From Candidatus Altimarinota bacterium (GTDB taxonomy: Bacteria > Patescibacteriota > Gracilibacteria > JBDHUY01): a DNA stretch of 64,000 nucleotides. The stretch's first letter is position 1. Each line of letters begins with the position of its first letter. Both the position numbers and the translations under genes were made by a program. The notes beneath the pieces are model-generated. The model did not search any database. It saw only the letters and a list, made by a program, of their open reading frames with translations, and was not told where the DNA came from. Positions 19,946-29,452 of the stretch are shown here, piece by piece. The DNA lies in assembly GCA_039809385.1 (NCBI GenBank), contig JBDHUY010000010.1:1-64000 (forward strand), written 5' to 3'.

Positions 19946-20020
19946 GGCAAATTATAGTAGACTCTTCTCATAAAAGTAAATTTTTAATCTAAGGTATGTT
20001 TCTATTAAATTAAAAACTCT

Positions 20021-20599
20021 CTATTGCATCTTTACTTGTGTCATTGTATCTCCTGCCCGGATCTTTTCTACCACATCCATGCCTTCCACTACATAGCCAA
20101 AAACGGCATATTCGCGGTCCAAAAACGGGGTTTCTTTTAGCGTAATATAAAATTGCGAGGAAGCGCTGTTGGGATCGGGGGTGCGGGCCATCGCTACGGC
20201 GCCTTTGGTATGTTTCAGCAGCGGCTCGCACGAACGGGGAGCCGTTTTTCCGACATATTTGCTGCCGTCGGTACAATAGATTTCCATCTGGATTTCGTCC
20301 TTGCTGCCGCCCGAACCGTCGCCGTTCGGATCGCCGCCCTGAATGACGAAACCGGGATCATAGCGGTGAAATGTTAGACGATCGTAGAATTGTTCTCCGA
20401 CGAGCTTTTTAAAATTTGCTACGGTCAGGGGTGCCTCTTTTTCACGAAGCTCGATTTTTATAGTTCCTTTGGAAGTTTCAATAACAGCGATGTTGGTCAT
20501 GGTTTTGGAAGGAGGAGTAAGAGTGGAATTAGAAGTAGTTGAAGGGGTGCAACTTGCCAGGACAAGAAGTATCCCCGGTAACAGTATCCATTTTTTCAT
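20021..20599 (-). CDS. Cyclophilin-type peptidyl-prolyl isomerase, lipoprotein
   Basis: Lipobox LASC; [28 protein letters not shown] and YAVFG. Confidence 0.93.
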   Translation of the reverse strand: MKKWILLPGILLVLASCTPSTTSNSTLTPPSKTMTNIAVIETSKGTIKIELREKEAPLTVANFKKLVGEQFYDRLTFHRYDPGFVIQGGDPNGDGSGGSKDEIQMEIYCTDGSKYVGKTAPRSCEPLLKHTKGAVAMARTPDPNSASSQFYITLKETPFLDREYAVFGYVVEGMDVVEKIRAGDTMTQVKMQ

Positions 20600-20902
20600 G
20601 ATTTGCCAAGAGCCGTGAAGAATAAAGTATGATCTTTGTAGCAAATCGAGGTAAAAAACTCAACGTAAATATCCTTGGCAATATCTCAGAATTCTTTTTT
20701 TGAAAGAGGAATCCTTATTTTTATCAGGACAAGTTTGAGCAATGAGATTTAAACGTCTATGCGATATGACCAGACAGCTTCAATTTTGGCGTTGATGTGG
20801 TCTTTCCGTACCGTGACTATTATCACTTGGTACTCTTTCTCTTTTTTGCTAGTATACTCTACGTTCAGTAAAAAAATATTTTCTAAATATATCCAATACT
20901 CT

Positions 20903-21853
20903 ATGGTTTCCAAAGATCTGGTAATCATCGGTTCGGGCGGGGCCGGGATTTCGGCGTCCATTTACGCGCTGCGCTATCGAATGGATCATGTCATTATCGG
21001 CGAATTGCCGGGAGGAACCCTCACTACGGCCAATCTGGTCGAAAATTATCCCGGTTACAAATCCATTCTGGGACCGGATCTGGTGCAAAAATATATCGAA
21101 CACCACGAATATCTGGGTGGCAAGATTACGATTGACCGGGTTTCTACCATCGAACGAGAAGGGGATGATTTTTTAGTGACCACCGGCGCCGAGGTCTACA
21201 AAACCAAAACCGTTATCTATACCCTGGGAAGCAGCCACAAACATCTGGGAGCGCCCGGAGAAGAATTGTTTGAAGGCAAAGGTGTTTCGTATTGCGCCAC
21301 CTGCGACGGTTACTTTTTCCGCGACAAGACCATCGCTATTGTCGGGGGAGGGGACAGTGCTGCCACCGGAGCTTTGGTACTGGCAAATCTGGCTAAAAAA
21401 ACGTATATGATCGTGCGCAAGAATTATCTGAAAGCCGAACCGATCTGGGTCGAGCAGCTGACCGCCAATCCGAACGTCACGATCATCTACGAAACCAACG
21501 TCACCGAGATCAAGGGAACCAATAAAGTTGAAGAAATTATTCTGGATAAACCCTATGAGGGATCAAACAGTCTGAAACTTGATGGGGTATTTATCGAAAT
21601 CGGGTTGAACCCGAATTCTCAGTTGGCGCAAACGGTCGGAGTGCAAGTGGATGAAGGCGGTTATGTGAAAGTCGGTGAGGACATGACTACGAACATTCCC
21701 GGCTTCTACGCTGCCGGCGACGTGACTACCGGCTCAGCCAGGTTTATGCAATTGGTGACCGCTTCGTCGGAAGGGGTTATCGCAACCTATAGCGCGTATA
21801 AGTACCTTAATAGCAAAGGAGCCTTGAAGCATGAGACGAGTCCTATGAGCTAA
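20903..21853 (+). CDS. trxB: Thioredoxin reductase
   Basis: IIGSGGAG, GVSYCATCDG, GGGDSA and YAAGD. Confidence 0.93.
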   Translation: MVSKDLVIIGSGGAGISASIYALRYRMDHVIIGELPGGTLTTANLVENYPGYKSILGPDLVQKYIEHHEYLGGKITIDRVSTIEREGDDFLVTTGAEVYKTKTVIYTLGSSHKHLGAPGEELFEGKGVSYCATCDGYFFRDKTIAIVGGGDSAATGALVLANLAKKTYMIVRKNYLKAEPIWVEQLTANPNVTIIYETNVTEIKGTNKVEEIILDKPYEGSNSLKLDGVFIEIGLNPNSQLAQTVGVQVDEGGYVKVGEDMTTNIPGFYAAGDVTTGSARFMQLVTASSEGVIATYSAYKYLNSKGALKHETSPMS

Positions 21854-22062
21854 GTGTTCAATGCAATAGTATTGGCGAATAGGAGCAGGTCGCTGACTTT
21901 GCTCTTGTTCTATGTCGGGGAAGATTTAAGGGTTTATCAGCAGATAAAAGCTAGGGCACATGGGGACACCCATCTGCCTCCTTCCACAAAATGGATGACT
22001 TTTTCTGTCGATTTATATAAGATGGTTGGGAACGTTCTTTATCCCAATTGCACTTCTTCCTT

Positions 22063-22524
22063 ATGTTTGTCCGCGATTGCATGACTCGTAAATTCATTAC
22101 GATCCCTTTCCAGGCTACCATTCGGGAGGCCGCACTGATTTTGTTTAACAATCATATTTCTGGTGCGCCGGTAGTAGACAGCGCCGGGAAGTTGATCGGT
22201 CTGGTTTCCGAAAAAGGAATTTTTCGAAAGCTCTATCCCAGCTATAACGATTTTAGTGAAGATGAGCCGTCTTTCTGGACATTTGAACGGATCGAATCGC
22301 GCGCTCACGACGTAGCTGCCATGAAAGTAACCGAAGCGATGACTCCGCACGTGCTATGTGTCCATCCCGATTTTCCCTTGGCTAAAGCCGGGGGGCTTCT
22401 ATTGGCTCAGAGTGTACATCGCCTGATCGTCACGGACAATGGACGCGAGGACGGCCAAATCGTGGGGGTAATCACCCGTAAGGATGTGTACCGCAGCTTG
22501 TTTGAGAAAGAATTTGAAAAGTAA
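22063..22524 (+). CDS. CBS-domain pair protein
   Basis: ISGAPVVDSAGKLIGLVSE and IVGVITRKD. Confidence 0.9.
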   Translation: MFVRDCMTRKFITIPFQATIREAALILFNNHISGAPVVDSAGKLIGLVSEKGIFRKLYPSYNDFSEDEPSFWTFERIESRAHDVAAMKVTEAMTPHVLCVHPDFPLAKAGGLLLAQSVHRLIVTDNGREDGQIVGVITRKDVYRSLFEKEFEK

Positions 22525-22762
22525 TAGCTCTTTCTTGTAGCCAGTAATAAACTTCCAGGTTATCTATGGCGCAAATGGGAATATCTAACTGTTAAATCCA
22601 AAGTTCAATCCGTCGCGGCGGACCAATTGTCAAATCAAGTTCAAATGTAAAAAAATAACTACGAGTCTGGTTGAACTTTGATATTGGGATTTCTTTTGGT
22701 ATTTGGATTTTGATATTTGTCATTCTTGTACCCACTATTTTCTCTTTTTCAAAGTACTATCT

Positions 22763-24004
22763 ATGAACTCGGTTCTTGATTCCTATTTCGATGAAACTAC
22801 CATGAGTGTGCACTTCAAGCCCGGAGTGCCGGTATTTCAAAAAAAAGGCTTGCCGGGACAATGGGAAAAAGCCGTGGCCGCCAAAAAGAACCTGAGCGTT
22901 GCCGCAGCCGAAGAACTGGTGCAGAAACTTCTCACCGAAGCAGAACAGCTGCCAGACAGTTTTATCGAGATAGACAAACGTTTTAGCAAAGTGCTACAGG
23001 TCGGTCATTATCGGATCGTGATCGTACTCCCGCCCCTTTCCGATACGATTGAAATTACAGTCGCCCGTCCGCTCAAAAAACTGGGTATGTCCGATTACCG
23101 CATTTCGGAACGTCTAATTACGCGTCTCAAGCATTCTTCCGAAGGTGTCCTGATCGCGGGTCGTCCCGGTCAGGGAAAGAGCACCTTTGCCCAGGCCTTG
23201 ATCGAGCTTTATGCGGAGGAGCAGAAGATTATAAAAACGGTAGAAGCGCCGCGGGATTTACAGGTGCCGGACGACGTTACTCAGTATTCGCTGTTTCATT
23301 CCACGCTAACGGAGATTCACGATATTTTGCTACTGTCGCGTCCCGATTACACTTTTTTTGACGAGGTTAGAAACCGTGAAGATTTCGAACTATTCAAAGA
23401 TCTGCGTCTGACCGGTATCGGCATGGTCGGGGTAATTCACGGGGCTAAGCCGATCGATGCTATTCAGCGATTTGTCGGAAAAATAGAATTGGGTATGATT
23501 CCGGAGGTCGTGGATACGCTTATTTTTATCGAAGCCGGTAAGATTTATAAAGTCTACGAACTGGCTTTGACCGTAAAAGTTCCCCACGGCATGCAGGAAC
23601 AGGACCTGGCCCGGCCGGTAGTGGTGATCCGCGATTTCGAAACGCAGGAGACCGAGTACGAGATCTATACGTTTGGCAGTGAAACGGTGGTATTGCCTCT
23701 GCTTGGAAATTCGCAGAAAACGTTTCGATCGTCCGAGCCGCGGTCCTTCAAGCGAGCTTCCCGTTCGGTCGATGTATCTTCGTACGGTGCTGAAATTTTC
23801 CCACGTATGTTTCGGGATAAGAAAGGTGTACGGTTCCTGTTTGATACGGATGTCTCGGATGCAATTCTGTTGTTTGAGGATGGTCATACCTTTTCTCTGT
23901 CACCCAATCGGCGGGGATACGTCAAAATCGGCAAGCAGGGCAAGCTTCCCGACCTCTTGCGCAAACAATCATTTCGAGTTTTCCGAGCAGTAGAGGTCGA
24001 ATAG
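22763..24004 (+). CDS. PilT/VirB11-like ATPase resembling archaeal PINA but lacking the PIN domain
   Basis: Walker A GRPGQGKS, KTVEAPRDLQ, LLSRPDYTFFDEVR, LRLTGIGMVGVIHG and YEIYTFG. Confidence 0.8.
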   Translation: MNSVLDSYFDETTMSVHFKPGVPVFQKKGLPGQWEKAVAAKKNLSVAAAEELVQKLLTEAEQLPDSFIEIDKRFSKVLQVGHYRIVIVLPPLSDTIEITVARPLKKLGMSDYRISERLITRLKHSSEGVLIAGRPGQGKSTFAQALIELYAEEQKIIKTVEAPRDLQVPDDVTQYSLFHSTLTEIHDILLLSRPDYTFFDEVRNREDFELFKDLRLTGIGMVGVIHGAKPIDAIQRFVGKIELGMIPEVVDTLIFIEAGKIYKVYELALTVKVPHGMQEQDLARPVVVIRDFETQETEYEIYTFGSETVVLPLLGNSQKTFRSSEPRSFKRASRSVDVSSYGAEIFPRMFRDKKGVRFLFDTDVSDAILLFEDGHTFSLSPNRRGYVKIGKQGKLPDLLRKQSFRVFRAVEVE

Positions 24005-24811
24005 ATACAAGGCCCAGCGTTCCAGGCGTAGAACTTCCTGCTGGAGTTCCAGAATTTCATGGTTCCAGTCATAGTACTCTTTGAGAAATCCGGTCGGATC
24101 GTTATTGGCTGAATCCTTTTTAAACGTATGTCCGAAGAAGTCATAGTAGATGCTTCTGGCCATTTCGATACTGATTGCTGGAATTAATGGATTTTCGGGA
24201 TCTCGTCTTCGTATCATCCTATAGGCGTCCAGGAATTTATTAATTTTCAGATATTCGGTGTTCGAGGCACCCATATTATCCGGTTCATCCTGGGTTTTTG
24301 AAAAATCAAGTTCAGATATGCATCTCAATATATCTTTTTCTAAAGCATGAACCATGATCTGCATTTCTGCTCGCTGCGTCATTGCCTGCTCTTTCAGTTG
24401 CGTAAATTGTAAAAACGTCTGGCATCGGCTTGCTATCGCGGGGTGTTTCACCAACCTTGAAATATTAGTGTAAAATGAATCCACACAATGATCCAGCATG
24501 GAAAACTTCTCATCATAAAGCTTCCGTGCTTCTATCTGCATCTGTAACGTTTGATCCAGAATCTGTTTAATCATCTCAAATAGTGGAAAAATTTCCTCGA
24601 CGAACACAGCTTTACGAATAGCTCGTACTTTTGATCCTGATGTTTTCTCACTGGATCGATCCCACCGCTCTTTTATTCTGTCTATCTGGGAACGCAGATC
24701 CTGAATATGGTATTGAAATTTTAAAATCTCTTTTGGTGGAGTCCCGGGTTGTGATACAGGAACTACATTGGCATAGGTCGACTCTTCTTCTAGACGGTGG
24801 GTTTGCTCCAT
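23969..24811 (-). CDS. Hypothetical helical protein
   Basis: ORF directly downstream of the UvrD gene; ATG 24811 preferred; no motif. Confidence 0.6.
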   Translation of the reverse strand: MEQTHRLEEESTYANVVPVSQPGTPPKEILKFQYHIQDLRSQIDRIKERWDRSSEKTSGSKVRAIRKAVFVEEIFPLFEMIKQILDQTLQMQIEARKLYDEKFSMLDHCVDSFYTNISRLVKHPAIASRCQTFLQFTQLKEQAMTQRAEMQIMVHALEKDILRCISELDFSKTQDEPDNMGASNTEYLKINKFLDAYRMIRRRDPENPLIPAISIEMARSIYYDFFGHTFKKDSANNDPTGFLKEYYDWNHEILELQQEVLRLERWALYLFDLYCSENSK

Positions 24812-24818
24812 ATCAATT

Positions 24819-27800
24819 CTAAAATAAAGTATCTTTCCAGCAGATCTTGCGATAAGGGCACGTTTCGCAGTTGCGGATATCGGTGGTTTTGGGAAATTCA
24901 AGTTGTTGGATTTTGCCGTATACGTCTTTCAGGATTTTTTTAAATTCTTCGAACTCTTCACTCTTGTATTCGATCAGGGTTTGCCGGAAATTGGATCCGT
25001 CTTTTTCTGGAAAAACGAAATCCAGTACTCCTCCTACCGGATCGAGCTGTAAATCCCGGTCCAGTTCCACCAGCAGTTTATAGAATAAAAGCTGGTAAAA
25101 ATAACTTTTATCACCGCGGCTGGTTTCGGTCAAGCCTTTGATATCGTTTTCGGATCGTGGTCGTCCGGTTTTGTAATCGACAATATGTATCCGTAGGGGG
25201 GAATGGCCGTTCGCCTCTACGGGATCGGCTGGTTCAATCTTATCAATAACCCCGGTCAGCGGGATACCATCAAAATAGAGCGGGACGCGGTTATAATTGC
25301 GCTCCAGATACAAAGGTTTTGTAAATTTCCCGGCATAAAAATCATAATAGGCGCTCAAAACGCGCTTACCTTCTTTGGCCGATTCGCTAAAATCCGCTTC
25401 GGTCATCAATTCTTTTTGCAATGCTTCTGCGTAGAAGGACAATAGCATTTCTTTGCCCGGTGTAGAGACGGAATGCATTCCGTCTCTACGGGATGCATTT
25501 TCATAATTTTTTTTCAATTCTCCAAAGAACAGTTCCAGTGCCGCATGGACCGCCGTCCCGAATTGCTGCAATTTTTCTTTGCTGCGCGGGACTTTCAATA
25601 TGTGGTCGTACTGAAACTGGCGCGGACAGCGTAAATAGGCGTTTAATCCGACTGGATTCATCCGGTAATTCTTGACCAGTTCTTTCAGGAATTCTGCTTC
25701 TTTATGATCTTTATCGTGTCTTTCAGGTTCGAACAACAGCTTGATGGCTTCATCCGAACGACGCTCAAACATATCGACTTCTTCTTTTCGTAAAAATCTC
25801 TCATCGATCTCCCCGATAAACTGTGAGGGGATGGCGTTTTTCTTATCCAGCAGCGGATAGTTGTGAGCAAAACTGATCGAAATCTTGCGTTTGGCCCGCG
25901 TGAGAGCCACATAGAATAACCGTCGTTCGTCTTCGTTCACGGGGATCTCGTTCAGTTTTTGCTGGGTGAGCACATTGGGGGCGAGCGTTAACGGCTTACT
26001 TTTCTTCGGGTTGCCCCATTTCCCGTCGATACATTTGACCACAAATACATATTCGAATTCCAATCCTTTGGATTTATGCGCCGTCATCAGCCGGACGCCC
26101 TGTTCCAGGCCTTCCATAGCGGCTTCGGGGAGTCCGATGCCTTCGGAGGCCATCAACTCGATATCTTGTAGCAAAGCAGCGAGCGATAGTTTGTGATTTT
26201 TATAATTCTCGGATTTTAAAAAGTTAAACAAGGTGTTAAGGCGATGGATCGAGCGCAGGCTATTGGTATTGAGGAAGTGGTCGATGATACCGAACTCTCG
26301 CAGCATTTTCTCTACCAATTCGACCAGTATGACGTTGTGGCTTTCTTTCTGAAAAAAAAGAATTTTGCCGGCGATCTCTTCGATTTTTCTGGCCTCCTGA
26401 ATGCCGTTTTCCGCCAGTTTCTTCTGATCCATGAGAATATCGATCATCTTTTTCTCGCCGCTTTTATGGTTATAGGTCGAGCGCGATATTTTCATCAGAT
26501 CGAGCGGGATCAGACCGAACGCTGCGTGGTGTAGTACTCGAAAAAGCAAATCCTGCTGGTCCGGATCGACTATGACCTGAAGCAGTTCGATGACTCTCTG
26601 GATATCGTTATCGCGCAAAATATCAAACCCGCCCTCGATGTTCCAGGGAATATTTTTACGGGTAAAGGTATTGATAATATCGACGACATCCTGATTATTG
26701 CGATAAATAATGGCTATTTCGTTGGCCGCGATTCCCTCTTCAATCAATTCCTGAATACGCGTGGCCAGGTAATAGTTTTCGATCTCGCCGCTGGAGAATT
26801 CCAGGAGGGAGAGTTTTGCATCTTCGCTCGTTATTTCTTGTGTTCCATTGTCGTTCGTGGCTTTGGTGGACATACCCCGTCCCGCCACAGACGGGACACC
26901 CCTCTCAAGAGGGGATTTTTCTGTGCCTTCTGCTTTCTCCATACTTAATTCTTCGCCTATGCCTTTGACCATATTCCCCCCCTTACCCCCCTTTATCAAG
27001 GGGGACAAGGCAGTTTCTTCTCTTGATTCTTGATTCTTAATTCTTGATTCTGTCTGTCGACTGTCGGCTGTTAGTTGTAAACTGTCAGCTGCCCTGAACT
27101 GCTTGTCTATGGCAAACCCATAGATCGGGTTGGTAATTCGATCTTCGTTTTTTTCAATCACGCTGCCGGCGGCATCGAGGATCGTTTGGGTGCTGCGATA
27201 ATTGGTGCGTAATACCACGGTGCTGATGTTCTTGAACTTGTCATTTAAATACAACATATTTTCCAGAGAAGCACCTTGGAAACGGTAGATCGACTGGTCG
27301 TCGTCGCCCACGACGAACAGGTTTGGATTGTCGAAATAGTTGGCCAGCTGGTAGACGACGAAATTTTGGGCGCCGTTGGTATCCTGATACTCGTCGATCA
27401 GAAAATGGAAGTAGCGTTCTTGCAGATCCAGACGCAGCTCTTCGTCGGTTTTCAGTTTTTGCACCACGAACATGATCATATCTTCGTAGTCGTAGCGGCC
27501 CAAAGTTTCCAGGCGTTCCTGATAGCTATGGTAGATCAGCGCCAGTTCTTTGTTCTTTTCGAGCTTCTTGATCTCTTTGCGGTATCGTTCCCCTTGGGAT
27601 CCGTTTTTGTTTAACAGACAGGTATCGTTGCTAATAGCTTGCCCGTATTCTTCAACGATCCTATCGAAATCAGACGGCGCGATACCTTCTTTTTTCAGGT
27701 CTTTCAGGCAGTCGAGGATACTTCTGACATAGAAATAAGTTTCGCGAAACGAGCGCAATTCCGTTAACGGCAGTGTATCGATGATGTCGCGCATCATTTT

Positions 27801-28175
27801 GAACCGTTCGATATCGGTCAGGTTGGTGAAATCGCGGGTGCGGTAGGAGAATTTTTCGGGAAATTCGAGGATGATATCGTTACAGAACGAATGAAAGGTC
27901 TGAATATTGACGTAATAGCCGGTCGTGCCGATGAGTTCGATCAGCCGCTCCTTCATCGCCGCCACGCCGCTTTCGGTAAATGTCAGGGCTAGAATGTTCT
28001 GCGGCTTTATCTCTTCATTCAATAAAATATAGGCGATCCGCATGGCCAAGATCTGTGTCTTACCGGTACCCGGCCCGGCCACCACCAACACGGGGCCGTC
28101 AAATGTGGTCACGGCGGCTCTTTGTTCGGGGTTTAAACGCGCGAAGGCTTTGTCGAAAGCAGGGGAAGATTTCAT
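24819..28175 (-). CDS. UvrD/PcrA-like SF1 helicase fused to a PD-(D/E)xK nuclease with Fe-S Cys motif (AdnA/B-like)
   Basis: AGPGTGKT, IDEYQD, GDDDQSIY, NYRS, TAHKSKGLEF, RRLFYVALTRA; nuclease GVIDKI..IVDYKTG; YLRCP...CETCPYRKIC. Confidence 0.92.
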   Translation of the reverse strand: MKSSPAFDKAFARLNPEQRAAVTTFDGPVLVVAGPGTGKTQILAMRIAYILLNEEIKPQNILALTFTESGVAAMKERLIELIGTTGYYVNIQTFHSFCNDIILEFPEKFSYRTRDFTNLTDIERFKMMRDIIDTLPLTELRSFRETYFYVRSILDCLKDLKKEGIAPSDFDRIVEEYGQAISNDTCLLNKNGSQGERYRKEIKKLEKNKELALIYHSYQERLETLGRYDYEDMIMFVVQKLKTDEELRLDLQERYFHFLIDEYQDTNGAQNFVVYQLANYFDNPNLFVVGDDDQSIYRFQGASLENMLYLNDKFKNISTVVLRTNYRSTQTILDAAGSVIEKNEDRITNPIYGFAIDKQFRAADSLQLTADSRQTESRIKNQESREETALSPLIKGGKGGNMVKGIGEELSMEKAEGTEKSPLERGVPSVAGRGMSTKATNDNGTQEITSEDAKLSLLEFSSGEIENYYLATRIQELIEEGIAANEIAIIYRNNQDVVDIINTFTRKNIPWNIEGGFDILRDNDIQRVIELLQVIVDPDQQDLLFRVLHHAAFGLIPLDLMKISRSTYNHKSGEKKMIDILMDQKKLAENGIQEARKIEEIAGKILFFQKESHNVILVELVEKMLREFGIIDHFLNTNSLRSIHRLNTLFNFLKSENYKNHKLSLAALLQDIELMASEGIGLPEAAMEGLEQGVRLMTAHKSKGLEFEYVFVVKCIDGKWGNPKKSKPLTLAPNVLTQQKLNEIPVNEDERRLFYVALTRAKRKISISFAHNYPLLDKKNAIPSQFIGEIDERFLRKEEVDMFERRSDEAIKLLFEPERHDKDHKEAEFLKELVKNYRMNPVGLNAYLRCPRQFQYDHILKVPRSKEKLQQFGTAVHAALELFFGELKKNYENASRRDGMHSVSTPGKEMLLSFYAEALQKELMTEADFSESAKEGKRVLSAYYDFYAGKFTKPLYLERNYNRVPLYFDGIPLTGVIDKIEPADPVEANGHSPLRIHIVDYKTGRPRSENDIKGLTETSRGDKSYFYQLLFYKLLVELDRDLQLDPVGGVLDFVFPEKDGSNFRQTLIEYKSEEFEEFKKILKDVYGKIQQLEFPKTTDIRNCETCPYRKICWKDTLF
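25462..25489. repeat. GTAG-type REP-like palindrome inside the UvrD CDS
   Basis: Perfect 28-bp palindrome GTAGAGACGGAATGCATTCCGTCTCTAC. Confidence 0.8.
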
Positions 28176-28447
28176 GAATTTCTAAAATGTTGTTAAGCTC
28201 CAGCAACAGGGCCGTGCTGTTTGATATTTACGTAAAAGTTTATTATCATGATGTCGGACTTGTGGGCGGTAGCCCTCGACCGACCTCATTCGAGAGTTGG
28301 TCAACAAGTTCATTAAAAAGCCAAATAGTATATATCTGGCCTTTTTTGGAATAAACCATTATATTGATTGGGATGTAAATTTACCATGTTGAGAATAGGG
28401 TAAAAATCAGAATTTGCATCAGAAAAAATTATGGGTATACTATAAAT

Positions 28448-28520
28448 GTAGCGCAAGTTACCCTGTCCGCCGGAGGCGGATCCGATATCCAGACCTCGCT
28501 TTTAGGAGCGGGGTTTTTTT
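28448..28520 (+). ncRNA. Candidate three-hairpin small RNA convergent on the NYN gene
   Basis: TTGCAT-N16-TATACT at 28414-28441; GTAGC-GCAA-GTTAC; TCCGCC-GGA-GGCGGA; terminator ACCTCGCTT-TTAG-GAGCGGGGT-T6. Confidence 0.5.
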
Positions 28521-29152
28521 ATGCGGGTAATGTGGCTTTTGATCTTCTGTGCATTGATATAGACATCGGCTGTTTCTTTGAGCGTATGAAATACCTGCCC
28601 TGAGGCTACAATCATGATCTTTTTATGTTTGCGCTTTAAAAATCTCGTCAGATGGGCAAAATCACTGTCTCCCGACAGGAGACAGAAGGTATCATATTTA
28701 TCCATCAAACGAATGGCGTCGACGCTGATTTCGACATCGAAGTTACTTTTGGGTATTTCAATATATTGTCCGAGAGCGTCTTCTTTTCTGGTTCTGGTTG
28801 TGTTTCCTGTAAGCTCGATTTCGTTTAAATGATGTCTTATGAACTGGATGGGCTTGGTAATTTTGATAAATCCTGATTTTTGGGCCAGGATATTGATGTG
28901 TTGTGAAGATGGCATTCTGGTATGCCAGCCGTAATAGAATCGTTTTTGAATTGAAAAAAGATCCAGAAAGGTGCCTAATTTTACAATATCAACGATAATC
29001 CTGGAACCATCTTCCAGTGTATTGCCCTGAGCATCACGCTGATCGCGGCCAAACCAATAATTTACATTTCCAAAGTCTACAAAGGTGTAGATTTTTCCCA
29101 GTTTTGACCGGTCAATTCCCAAGCTACTTTGTTTGAAGTCCTGCAGATTCAT
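28502..29152 (-). CDS. NYN-domain (LabA/DUF88, PIN-like) protein
   Basis: FVDFGN, KSNFDVEISVD and LLSGDSDF acidic motifs. Confidence 0.9.
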   Translation of the reverse strand: MNLQDFKQSSLGIDRSKLGKIYTFVDFGNVNYWFGRDQRDAQGNTLEDGSRIIVDIVKLGTFLDLFSIQKRFYYGWHTRMPSSQHINILAQKSGFIKITKPIQFIRHHLNEIELTGNTTRTRKEDALGQYIEIPKSNFDVEISVDAIRLMDKYDTFCLLSGDSDFAHLTRFLKRKHKKIMIVASGQVFHTLKETADVYINAQKIKSHITRIKKPRS

Positions 29153-29452
29153 AAGATCAGATTGTCATGATGGTACAACGTCTTGTATCCTACTCTTTTT
29201 TACGCTGCTTGAAAAGCGGAACAGTGGTTCGTTTCCTTATGGCAAAATGCTAAATAACGATATCGACAACCATTTTATATTGACATATTGTATGTGCGCG
29301 GATAGAATCTTCATCTTTATTTCCCATATGTTCAGTGTTGTATGGCAATCGGTCTTGATATGCCGGTAAGGTACGGGATGAAAGTATCTTCTGCAAAGAC
29401 AGGGAATCCTTTGGACAGTTCCAAGCGAGATCTGGTATTTGAGAAGACCCAG

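Noticed and set aside
26825-27090. Intein in the UvrD helicase
   Set aside because: No Cys/Ser start block or His-Asn end; the DNA is made of short repeats
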